Of a stretch of 64,000 nucleotides of DNA, positions 19,490 through 28,211 are shown in pieces. The stretch lies in the IMG/VR virus record IMGVR_UViG_3300023179_000039, positions 1 to 64,000 of that record; one strand, given 5' to 3'. Source of the stretch: a virus. The number at the start of each line of letters is the position of its first letter. The first letter of the stretch is position 1. The position numbers and the translations under genes were made by a program. The notes below the pieces were generated by a model. The model worked only from the letters and a program-made list of their open reading frames with translations. It was not told where the DNA came from and made no database searches.

Positions 19490-20137
19490 ATGTTTAAGAA
19501 GAAATTAGCTTTCGCGAACCATAATCATCCTCATACTCAAGAAGAAAGAGAACAAATAATAGAAAGAGCAGCTAAAGCATACGAGGCTTATATGGATGCT
19601 CTAGGTTACGATTGGAGAAATGATCCAAATAGTGCCGACACTCCAAGAAGAGTGACAAAAGCATTCGTTGATGATCTTGCGTGGGGTTGTTATAGTGAAC
19701 CGCCTAAGATTACTGCGTTTGACAATACTGACGGTTATGATGGTATTGTATGTCAAAATAATATTAAAGTTGTATCACTATGCTCTCATCATCATGCACC
19801 GTTTACAGGGTTTGCACATGTTGCTTATATTCCTTCTAAAGATGGTAAGGTTATCGGTCTAAGTAAGCTTAATCGTATTGTTGATTGGTTTTCAAGGAGA
19901 CCACAAATACAAGAAGGGCTTACAAAACAGATACATCAGTTCATTGATGAAACATGTAAGAAAAATAATGGTGTTGCAGTATTAATAGAAGCAAATCATA
20001 CTTGTTGCTCTAATAGGGGCATCAAGCATGATAGCTCTATGCGCACTGCAAGAATGTCCGGTGCATTTTTAGATAATAAAGATAATTCAAGAGCAGAATT
20101 TTATAAGTTTGTAGAATTCTCTAAATCAAAAGTTTAG
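19490..20137 (+). CDS. folE: GTP cyclohydrolase I
   Basis: Motifs DTPRRV, SLCSHH.APF.G..HVAYIP, VIGLSKLNRIV..FSRRPQIQE.LT.QI, H.C...RG. Confidence 0.96.
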   Translation: MFKKKLAFANHNHPHTQEEREQIIERAAKAYEAYMDALGYDWRNDPNSADTPRRVTKAFVDDLAWGCYSEPPKITAFDNTDGYDGIVCQNNIKVVSLCSHHHAPFTGFAHVAYIPSKDGKVIGLSKLNRIVDWFSRRPQIQEGLTKQIHQFIDETCKKNNGVAVLIEANHTCCSNRGIKHDSSMRTARMSGAFLDNKDNSRAEFYKFVEFSKSKV

Positions 20138-20749
20138 TCGTTTTTTACCTCTTATTTTTATATTATTATTTTTTAATAATATACATATGGTAGGTACTGA
20201 GCAATTATATTTTAAAGATATTGTTTTTGCAGATTTACCTAAACTATACATTAAAATAATGTCATTAATTTCGTCTTTAGTAAATTTAAAACGAGAGCCT
20301 CTACTGTAAGTTTTTATTTTAGAAATTCTGAGATATCTAAGAACACTAGTCTCATGGAGACCGACAACCTCACCAATTTTTTTAGCTGTAAATTTTTTAT
20401 TAACATATAAATTAATTATTGTTCTTAAAATATTAGGATCTAAAATTTTAAATCCTTTTTGATTTACTACTTTATAATTTAATAAAGTACCACCATCCTC
20501 TATTCTTTTAAACTTTTTTATTAATTTTTCTTCTAAATTTAATGCTTGTTCTTCTGTTAAATTATCTTGAATTATACTAACAATTTGTTCGTTAGTAAAT
20601 CCGGTTTTAAGCAATTTTTGTCTTTTATTTTCACATCTTCCACTTTGATGAAAATTTGTTGATCTAGAGTCTGTACCTTTACCTACATAAAAGGTTATAT
20701 TTTTTACAGGTACTTTCCAGGTATAAACATAAAATCGATTATTATCCAT
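20126..20749 (-). CDS. GIY-YIG-family (LEM-3-like) putative homing endonuclease with C-terminal HTH repeats
   Basis: FYVY...FYVGKG...R, ALNLEEKLI, LLN; two HTH-like repeats at the C-terminus. Confidence 0.75.
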   Translation of the reverse strand: MDNNRFYVYTWKVPVKNITFYVGKGTDSRSTNFHQSGRCENKRQKLLKTGFTNEQIVSIIQDNLTEEQALNLEEKLIKKFKRIEDGGTLLNYKVVNQKGFKILDPNILRTIINLYVNKKFTAKKIGEVVGLHETSVLRYLRISKIKTYSRGSRFKFTKDEINDIILMYSLGKSAKTISLKYNCSVPTICILLKNNNIKIRGKKRLNF

Positions 20750-20826
20750 AAAATTATATTTATCTTTATAGTAAGATTTTCTTGTAAAGAGTTAAAAACT
20801 TATCTAATTATCGACTAAATATTTAT

Positions 20827-21150
20827 GTGAGTCGGTCGCTGTTAATAAATGGCGATTTAATAAACCCTCCGTCGTCAATATCTTGTGTGAGGGATATAAC
20901 CTTTATTGCACACGAGTATCTTGATTTAGACGTAATAATTGAATGTATAGCTGAAAAAGATTTTTATCATCGTTATCTTAAAAACTTCGGTGCTATGGAT
21001 TACGTAGATGAGTTAACAGCGTTTGGTGAAGAGGAAGGTATGAGAATTGATAATGATTTTCACTATGACCCGACTATCTATGTAACAGATATTATTGATG
21101 CAAAGAATGTACAGTTAATCTTGAGGTGTATCGGCTTCAGAGGCTTTTGA
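20827..21150 (+). CDS. Hypothetical protein
   Basis: 107-aa ORF; GTG lies 5 nt after TAAATA. Confidence 0.6.
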   Translation: MSRSLLINGDLINPPSSISCVRDITFIAHEYLDLDVIIECIAEKDFYHRYLKNFGAMDYVDELTAFGEEEGMRIDNDFHYDPTIYVTDIIDAKNVQLILRCIGFRGF

Positions 21151-21777
21151 CTTTTTCTTTAAAACTAAAAAAGGTTTTTTGGTATTCGGATTGTATATCT
21201 TTAAAGTATCCTGACCCTTAAATTTAGGACTACCGCTTTTATTTACAATTAAAGTCTTTTGCTTATTAGCTATGGCACGAATTGCATTTTCAGAGTAACT
21301 TGGTCTTTTCCAGTCTTTAGCAAGCTTATCTTTTTTATTAATTGCAGATACATTATATTTTGTTGATTCATGTACTGGTTCTTTATTAACATCTATAACA
21401 GCATTTAGCTTTTTTAGGAACGGTTCACCTACAAGAATAGGATCTTCATTTTCAGAGCGATCTGCTATACTAAAAGGCACATCTTTATATTCTTTTCCGT
21501 TTATTTTAATGTTTAGCTTAACAATTGGTCTATCTTCTTTTACACCACTACCAATATGAATTTTTATGTCCCCTGCTCGTGGTGCTTTTATTTTTTTACC
21601 ATCTACAGTAGTAAAAGAAACGGTTTCACCATCCTCGGAAACATCTACCCCATGAAGGACATTATAAGCCTCATTACCACTATCAATCTTTGCTTTAATT
21701 GGGCCAAGGCCTTCAATATCAATTATTTCATTGACACCAAATACTGGTTTATCGTAAAATTCTTTGAAAGATTCCAC
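21115..21777 (-). CDS. Retropepsin-like (RimK-associated type) aspartic protease with basic C-tail
   Basis: IKAKIDSG catalytic motif, E.RPIV, FSIADRS...PILVG..FL. Confidence 0.8.
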   Translation of the reverse strand: MESFKEFYDKPVFGVNEIIDIEGLGPIKAKIDSGNEAYNVLHGVDVSEDGETVSFTTVDGKKIKAPRAGDIKIHIGSGVKEDRPIVKLNIKINGKEYKDVPFSIADRSENEDPILVGEPFLKKLNAVIDVNKEPVHESTKYNVSAINKKDKLAKDWKRPSYSENAIRAIANKQKTLIVNKSGSPKFKGQDTLKIYNPNTKKPFLVLKKKSKASEADTPQD

Positions 21778-21822
21778 AAAGATATTTATTGATTATAAAG
21801 AGGTTTTCATGATAATAGTATT

Positions 21823-22230
21823 GTGGATAACATACTAACTAAGTGTACTGAGATTTCATATGCTTTATTAAAGAAGCATGGTAATTATCGTTGCAAGCAT
21901 TTCTCGTTTATTTTTCAAAGAAATAGGCTTATTTCCATAGGTATTAATAATCCGACTAAAACGCATCCAAAAAATTTAGAAATTGGGTTTTTTAATAAGA
22001 GGGGTGAAGATATATCTCATACCGTTGGTGTACATTCTGAGCTTTCTGCTATTTTAAAACTTGGAGAAGAAGATTGCTCCAAATTTACATTAGTTAATAC
22101 AAGAATTAATCGTAATCACCAATTAGATTTCTCTAAACCATGTGAAGGATGTACATCTCTTCTAGAGCAGCTTAACTTAAGAAAGATTTATTATTCAACA
22201 ATTAAAGGTTACCAGTTCTTACAGCTGTAA
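21823..22230 (+). CDS. Cytidine/deoxycytidylate deaminase-like zinc enzyme
   Basis: HSE...SKPCEGC zinc motif. Confidence 0.8.
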   Translation: MDNILTKCTEISYALLKKHGNYRCKHFSFIFQRNRLISIGINNPTKTHPKNLEIGFFNKRGEDISHTVGVHSELSAILKLGEEDCSKFTLVNTRINRNHQLDFSKPCEGCTSLLEQLNLRKIYYSTIKGYQFLQL

Positions 22231-22496
22231 TATTTAGGTGTCCCCGGTTTTGCAGACGAGCATTTATGCCTAGCTCTAAATGATTTACGTCTTTTTGGAT
22301 TTGATTTTTTTATGCGCAATCCCGGGTCACCGTAATGAATTCTCTTTAATTTACCGTCTACTCTAGCACAACGCATGTATTTCTTGTCTGAACGTGTAGA
22401 AGATTGCTGCCCAGTAACCTTTGTACAGCGAGAACCTTTTTTCTCTTCTAATATATCTTGTTCCAATGCATTGATAAACGCTTTCTCGAATAACAT
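22209..22496 (-). CDS. Small basic Cys/His-containing phage protein
   Basis: Motif IHYGDP...RRKSFRARHKC...YYSCKNW; late box 5 nt upstream. Confidence 0.65.
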   Translation of the reverse strand: MLFEKAFINALEQDILEEKKGSRCTKVTGQQSSTRSDKKYMRCARVDGKLKRIHYGDPGLRIKKSNPKRRKSFRARHKCSSAKPGTPKYYSCKNW

Positions 22497-22527
22497 AAAA
22501 TTATTTATACTTTGAATAAATATTTAT

Positions 22528-23172
22528 ATGTTCTCGAAAGATTTTAACGCTCTTAACGATCTTTATAATAAAAAGATTATAACTGAAAGCTTAGGCTTAG
22601 GACCCCTAGCTGATCAAAATTCTGCACCTTCTGTTAGCAAGCCTACTAAGATACCGCTTCCTCCTAAGAAAGAATGTGGCTGTGAAGAAGAAGAGCATTG
22701 TGCAGCAGCTGCTAAAGGTTGTAAATGTAACGGTTGTCCAGAATGTAAAGCCAACCAACATAATAAAAGCGAAGACTGTGAAGGTTACGATCCTACCACC
22801 CACGATAGCAACGGTGAAATGGCTAAACAATTACTTTATAGATGTGCTAAACTTTCAGTTATGCTTCACGATTTGTTAGCAGGTAAAGATAATATTGAAG
22901 CATGGGTTTTAAGCAAACTTACCAATGCACATGATCAATTAAATTCGGTATTTGGTTATGAAGATTATGAAGCTATAAAAAACCCGGAACACGGTATGTG
23001 CGGTGATGGCGGAAGCTTAGAAGAAAATAATGAAGAAGAGTTGTTTGCTGCTATAGCTAAAGGCGGTGATAGTTTACTTTCCAATTTAAAGAGTGTATTA
23101 AAGAAAGAATCTAAAGAAACATTAGAAAAAGTGTTACTAGAGACAATACTTATACTAGAAAAGAAAAGATAA
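22528..23172 (+). CDS. Hypothetical protein with Cys-rich segment
   Basis: Late box 5 nt upstream; ECGCEEEEHCAAAAKGCKCNGCPEC; LEAWVxSKLT-type motif. Confidence 0.6.
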   Translation: MFSKDFNALNDLYNKKIITESLGLGPLADQNSAPSVSKPTKIPLPPKKECGCEEEEHCAAAAKGCKCNGCPECKANQHNKSEDCEGYDPTTHDSNGEMAKQLLYRCAKLSVMLHDLLAGKDNIEAWVLSKLTNAHDQLNSVFGYEDYEAIKNPEHGMCGDGGSLEENNEEELFAAIAKGGDSLLSNLKSVLKKESKETLEKVLLETILILEKKR

Positions 23173-23829
23173 TTATTTTAGCTTGGCGTTAAACAGATTA
23201 TAAATTTTTGGATCAAACTTACCAATTACGCTTGTAACAATCTCTTTACGCTGTTGTTCGTTTGCCGCCTTATACATATTTCTTAGTTCAGTAGCACTTG
23301 TTATAGCTTTTTTTCCTATATTAAAAGTTATAGTACCCGGTGAATATATATAGCCATGTCCACCGGCTTCTTTAAACGGAACCATTTCATTTAAATTTTT
23401 AAAAGGCTGAAAATATGTAGGTGTACCTTTTTTAGTCATACCAAAAGAAAATCGAGGATCCTCTTTCATATCTTTCTCTCCTACAACATAAATTACTTTG
23501 GCAATATTAGAATCATAATCTTTTAAAATTTCTAATGGCTTATAAGGCTGTTTTACTAATCTTATCTCTTGTTCGGGTATACCTGCAGCCATCATAATTT
23601 GTTTTTTTTCATTGAAGTTAAATGGATAACGACCTGGGTCTTTTGCAGCATCTTTTGTGGGCATATCAGAAGTAGCTATAAAAAAATCTGCACCTGGAAA
23701 TTGCTTTTTTGCCATATCAAAAAATCTCTTATGACCTATATGAAAAGGTTGAAAGCGCCCAGGAAAAATTACAATCAAATTATTTTTTTGATGCATTAAA
23801 ATTTCATTTACTAATTTGTCAAATTTCAT
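23173..23829 (-). CDS. HIGH-motif nucleotidyltransferase (cytidylyltransferase/NMNAT-like)
   Basis: Motifs PGRFQPFHIGH, PF.F.EK, VVGEKD, SATELR. Confidence 0.85.
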   Translation of the reverse strand: MKFDKLVNEILMHQKNNLIVIFPGRFQPFHIGHKRFFDMAKKQFPGADFFIATSDMPTKDAAKDPGRYPFNFNEKKQIMMAAGIPEQEIRLVKQPYKPLEILKDYDSNIAKVIYVVGEKDMKEDPRFSFGMTKKGTPTYFQPFKNLNEMVPFKEAGGHGYIYSPGTITFNIGKKAITSATELRNMYKAANEQQRKEIVTSVIGKFDPKIYNLFNAKLK

Positions 23830-25040
23830 ATTGTTGCTCCCGGAGTTAAGGTACCTCTCAAAATATCCTTACTGTATGGTGGCGTTGTTTGATAGTTATT
23901 GGCTTTAACTACTTTATCTGTATTAAAAAGCTGTCCCTTTATACCATACTCTTCATTTTCATTTCTTTTAGCAAATTTACCAGCTTCTTTTCCAGTTATA
24001 AAGCTACCAGTAATTTTTACCGGATTTGTTGATACACTAGGATCTCTTATCACAATGCCCTCTTGTGTATTTAATGATCCTAATTTTGATGAAGCAGCCT
24101 GTTTAATGACATCGCCTAGAACGATAGTAGCATGATAAAGTAAAGCTCCATTTATAGCTTTATTAATAACATCTTGATTATCTCCAATGTATTGATGCAT
24201 TGGTACACCTGCAGTTACATTTTTATAATTTTCTAAGCTCATAGCACTTATAGTTTTACCAGAAGCAAGTTTTATTTTTTCAGCTCTAGGGTTAATAGCT
24301 TTAGCTAACCACTTACCTAAAGGCTGTGAAACTATATTTCTTGTATCATAATTTACAGTAAATTCTGAATTTAAAACGCTATTAAAATTAACATTTCCTA
24401 ATTCAACAGCAAATTCGTGCTCAACATCAAAACCATATTTTTTAGCAATAGGATTTACTTTTTCTATTAACGATAATAATGCCTTTTTATCATAAGATAT
24501 TTCTCTTGATGCTCTTCTAATACTACCTTTAACAGGGCTCTTAACTTCTATAATTTCGTTTAAACCGTGAATGGCAAGAAAGTTATTTGCATATCCAATA
24601 ACGTTGGTTGCACCTTTTACAAATTCCATATTAAAAAGAATTTTAGGATTATTCCACATTTTAAGTTTTTTTAGTTCAGGCTCTATATTAGGAATAGCAG
24701 TATTAAAAATATTGAGTACAGTTTTTCCTGTCTCTATCATTCCATGGCCTTCAGGAAATCTTGATGTAAGCTTAGCTATAGTAACACCTTCTACGTCCTC
24801 AGGTTTATTAGAACCTCTATCCATAGCAAACTCTTTATTACCTTCTTCATTAGTAATAAGCTTTATTGATGCGTTAACTCCGTCAATTTTTACAGAAGAA
24901 GGTTTCTTTTTTAAGCTAATAGCAATTTTATTAAAGACATTTATTAAGTCTTTACCACTATTAACATTAGGTAAATCAAAAGGATGGGCCATATGCCCGG
25001 CTACTCCACCCTCAACTAAAAACTGTTCAAACGTTATCAT
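23826..25040 (-). CDS. Putative ATP-dependent ligase-fold nucleotidyltransferase (DUF6267-like)
   Basis: GHMAHPFD, KIDG (motif I), EGIVI (motif IV), VKITG (motif V). Confidence 0.6.
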   Translation of the reverse strand: MITFEQFLVEGGVAGHMAHPFDLPNVNSGKDLINVFNKIAISLKKKPSSVKIDGVNASIKLITNEEGNKEFAMDRGSNKPEDVEGVTIAKLTSRFPEGHGMIETGKTVLNIFNTAIPNIEPELKKLKMWNNPKILFNMEFVKGATNVIGYANNFLAIHGLNEIIEVKSPVKGSIRRASREISYDKKALLSLIEKVNPIAKKYGFDVEHEFAVELGNVNFNSVLNSEFTVNYDTRNIVSQPLGKWLAKAINPRAEKIKLASGKTISAMSLENYKNVTAGVPMHQYIGDNQDVINKAINGALLYHATIVLGDVIKQAASSKLGSLNTQEGIVIRDPSVSTNPVKITGSFITGKEAGKFAKRNENEEYGIKGQLFNTDKVVKANNYQTTPPYSKDILRGTLTPGATI

Positions 25041-26455
25041 ACTGTAGCTTGTTGTTTTTTAACAGCTATTTTAACACCTCCGCTAGAAATTTGATCTATT
25101 TCTATATAATTAGAAATTTGATCTTGAGGAAAATAACTAAATTGATTTGCTGAGACCAAAAATACGCCGGTAATATCTTTAGGAAATAAGTTTCTTATAA
25201 TAGCAGCATCATTAAACATATCCTGTACCCTTCTTAATTCTGATAAAAGCTTTAAATTGTTCACTGAATTAAAAAAGTCTTTTGCTGTTAAATGTCCCTT
25301 GCCTGTCGTGGTAATTTTTCTTCTTGTTAATTTTCTATCAAGATCATCAACTATATCATCTAAAAATTCTTCTTCTTTTTGCTTTTGTTCTGGGGTTTCT
25401 ATTTCTGGCAAATACATTTTACGTATTATATCTTTAAGTTCTTGTGATTTATTTGTCACATTAACAGTAAAAGCTGTTTGATCTTTTGCTATTTCTTCAA
25501 TGGCATTAAAGACCTCTTGTAAGGTTCTTAAAAAATATCTTGCTCTTAGAGGGTTTTTAGAGTATCTAGATGGGTCCATTGTTCCCTCTTTTTTGATTAA
25601 ATTAGAAGGTAATTCTCTTATTGTTTTATTATCTGTATCTTCTGATTGATAAATTGCAGATAAAAATCCACCTAAGTTCCAGCCTTGACCAAACTCAAAC
25701 ATTTGCTGTTGTTTGCCGTATTTTGCTAGATTTGCTTTAGTTTCTTTAAAAGGTTTTGCAGGTGGTCCACCCTTAGTAAGTTCAAGCTGACGTCTTAATA
25801 AATCATCTACTTGAAGTTTGGAGTTTCTATCTAGAGAATGATATGAATTTTCCAACCTTTCAATAATTCTAAGAACTCCGTTAACAATTAAGCTGGTTGC
25901 CTTTTGACCTTCTGCTCCAATTCGAACGCTAGCACCATCTACATCTAATTCTTTAACTTCAAATTTTAATTTTTGCTTACTTTTATACTCTTCAGTTTCA
26001 GGCGGTACGCATACGTCAAATGATTTAGATTGACCTTGTATACAATCATCAAGTAAGCATTTTACTTCCTCAGCAGCAATTGCACTACTAGAAACAATTC
26101 CTGACACAAAACTTGCAACACTAAATTCACCTCTACCAGTACCCGTTTTCTGCCAATTAAATATTTGCTGTTGAAAAGGAGTCCATGCTTTGTTAACTAC
26201 TGGAGAATTTTGTATTTGAGTAAATTCCTTACCAGGGGCAATCTCTATATTTGGTTTAGCTAAACCTGCACAAGCTGACGCCTCTTTTTGCTTTTGTTTT
26301 TTTACTACAGGTTGCTGAGTTACAGGCTGTTGTTCCGGCTGTTGGGGAGTAGCTACCTGTGAGTAAGGAGCACCAGGTACAGGCTTTGCAAAAGCTTCGC
26401 TTAAATAGATACTTGATAGCGAGCGGTAAGGCTTTTTAATTTTAGCTTTACGCAT
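25037..26455 (-). CDS. Hypothetical protein, possible PD-(D/E)xK nuclease
   Basis: GRGE...SFDV...FEVKE spacing resembles a restriction-endonuclease-like active site. Confidence 0.5.
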   Translation of the reverse strand: MRKAKIKKPYRSLSSIYLSEAFAKPVPGAPYSQVATPQQPEQQPVTQQPVVKKQKQKEASACAGLAKPNIEIAPGKEFTQIQNSPVVNKAWTPFQQQIFNWQKTGTGRGEFSVASFVSGIVSSSAIAAEEVKCLLDDCIQGQSKSFDVCVPPETEEYKSKQKLKFEVKELDVDGASVRIGAEGQKATSLIVNGVLRIIERLENSYHSLDRNSKLQVDDLLRRQLELTKGGPPAKPFKETKANLAKYGKQQQMFEFGQGWNLGGFLSAIYQSEDTDNKTIRELPSNLIKKEGTMDPSRYSKNPLRARYFLRTLQEVFNAIEEIAKDQTAFTVNVTNKSQELKDIIRKMYLPEIETPEQKQKEEEFLDDIVDDLDRKLTRRKITTTGKGHLTAKDFFNSVNNLKLLSELRRVQDMFNDAAIIRNLFPKDITGVFLVSANQFSYFPQDQISNYIEIDQISSGGVKIAVKKQQATV

Positions 26456-26456
26456 A

Positions 26457-26906
26457 TCATTTTAATTTAGGGTCGTTACTATACTTTTGCATTACAGAAA
26501 GAAGCTGCTTATATTTAGCCATAAAATTATTTTCATTTATAGATTTTACAAATGCTCTATAATGTGGATTTTCTATTTTCTGAGGATTGTCTTCGTAATT
26601 TTCATTTGTATTAATTGCATCTTGTAATCCTTCTCTTACTTGTGTAGCATTTTCCTGTGTAATAGGAGTTGTAAATAAAGCATCAATAGAACCAGCAGGT
26701 ATATTCATTACAAGAGCCTTAGCAAGCATTCTTACCATATCAACATATCCCTCGGGCGGTATAGCAGTTTGCTGTTCAGTTGAGGGTTGAGGCGCAGGCT
26801 GCTCTGCAGCAGGCGCAGGTGCCGCGGCATCCTGAGTATTCATATCTTGTTGAGGTGCTTCAGTTAACGTAGAAAATAAGGATTTTAACTTATTGTTAAA
26901 TGTCAT
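26457..26906 (-). CDS. Hypothetical protein (probable start ATG 26906, MTFNNKLKSLFSTLTE-A)
   Basis: TAAATA 26912-26917 lies 5 nt before this ATG. Confidence 0.6.
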   Translation of the reverse strand: MTFNNKLKSLFSTLTEAPQQDMNTQDAAAPAPAAEQPAPQPSTEQQTAIPPEGYVDMVRMLAKALVMNIPAGSIDALFTTPITQENATQVREGLQDAINTNENYEDNPQKIENPHYRAFVKSINENNFMAKYKQLLSVMQKYSNDPKLK

Positions 26907-26922
26907 ATTATTATTTATTAAA

Positions 26923-27483
26923 TTAAACAATAATAAGTTGCTTTGCTTTAAGCTGATTAAAGTATTCTTTATTTAGAAACACTAGGCCATATGTTTTGGT
27001 AAACTTGTTAATATTGCTAAATGTATAATTTTCAAGGCTTATTGAATCTATATAAGCTCTAATGTTGTTAATTAATTCTTGACTTCTGCCATCATTTTTT
27101 TGAAGTAAATGAACTAAGAAATCAAAAGATATAGATGAAATAAAGATCTTAATAGGTAAAAGCTTTTTTATTTTTTTAATAATAACATTTATTAATGATA
27201 AAACCTCTTCTTCTTTAAAATATTTTGTTAGCTTAAAATTACCTAGCTGTGTGTTATTAATATAAATTATTGTCTTTTCTTTTACTCTATTCTTTAAGAG
27301 CTCTTCACACAATCCAAAAATTATATGATGATAAAAAAATCTTTTTGCATTAGTACTAATTTTATCTTTTAACAGACTGTGATTATGGAGGTCATTGATA
27401 ATATTAATTTCAATATCTTTAAAAAGAAAATTAAAATTAAGTATTCTAAAATTATATTGACTAAATTCTAACTGACTAAGCAT
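26923..27483 (-). CDS. Hypothetical protein
   Basis: 186-aa ORF; TTGATA-N17-TATAAT-N6-ATG upstream. Confidence 0.6.
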   Translation of the reverse strand: MLSQLEFSQYNFRILNFNFLFKDIEINIINDLHNHSLLKDKISTNAKRFFYHHIIFGLCEELLKNRVKEKTIIYINNTQLGNFKLTKYFKEEEVLSLINVIIKKIKKLLPIKIFISSISFDFLVHLLQKNDGRSQELINNIRAYIDSISLENYTFSNINKFTKTYGLVFLNKEYFNQLKAKQLIIV

Positions 27484-27504
27484 TAAAAAATTATAGCCGC
27501 TTTT

Positions 27505-27924
27505 TTAAATGTTATCAAGAAAATTCTTTGGCGGCCTTCCAATCCTTACATTTATAATACCGTTATAATAATCTTCTCTCATTAAAACGTTTTTTGCTAT
27601 CTGCTCAGATATTTCAAAGTAAGCTAGCTCCCATTTAGATCCACATGCTCTTAGAATTTTAAAGATAAATTTATCTTTACCATATTTTTTAATATCTTCA
27701 TTTAGCTCAGTCGATGAGCTTGTATATTCTTTCCAATCAGATTCTTTAATTTCAATTCTTTTATTTTTTCTGCCTTTTAAAGGCTTTTTTTTTAATTTTG
27801 ATTTACATTGCTTTTTACCAATATACTTCTTGCCGGTGACAGTATTAGTAATTTCGTAAATAAACCCAAACGTATTCTCGTTAACTGTTACGTTTTCGCT
27901 TAATATCCAATGACCTAGATCCAC
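27505..27924 (-). CDS. GIY-YIG endonuclease family protein
   Basis: Motifs GFIYEITNTVTGKKYIGKK, ESDWKEYTSSS, YFE, YYN. Confidence 0.82.
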   Translation of the reverse strand: MDLGHWILSENVTVNENTFGFIYEITNTVTGKKYIGKKQCKSKLKKKPLKGRKNKRIEIKESDWKEYTSSSTELNEDIKKYGKDKFIFKILRACGSKWELAYFEISEQIAKNVLMREDYYNGIINVRIGRPPKNFLDNI

Positions 27925-27927
27925 AAG

Positions 27928-28185
27928 TTATTTAGATGTTTTAAGAACTAATCCAGGTAAAGGACGACGCTGTACAAAAAACTTTTTCTTCTTTTTCTTT
28001 GCACCTAAAACTTTAGGCACTCTAGCATCACCCGGTGCATATGCATTATCGTTTTGTGAAGGAAATTGATTACCAAATTCTCCAGATAACCCTTTTACTC
28101 CAAATATACTGTCAGCCCCTCCAGCAACGTTTACAGTTTCAAGTAGTTTTAAAAATTTTGATTCAAATAAACCAATTGATTTCAT
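27928..28185 (-). CDS. Small protein reproducing the major-capsid N-arm sequence, with poly-Lys tail
   Basis: GNQFPSQNDNAYAPGDARVPKVL versus gp23 residues 87-109 GNQFPSQNDGAYAQGDARLPKIL (19/23 identical). Confidence 0.8.
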   Translation of the reverse strand: MKSIGLFESKFLKLLETVNVAGGADSIFGVKGLSGEFGNQFPSQNDNAYAPGDARVPKVLGAKKKKKKFFVQRRPLPGLVLKTSK

Positions 28186-28211
28186 ATATGTTTATATTAT
28201 TATTTAATTTA

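Noticed and set aside
28035-28211. N-terminal extension of UvsY given by the ORF track (start 28035)
   Set aside because: Overlaps the antisense capsid-mimic gene; the promoter-like motif and protein character point to ATG 28212.
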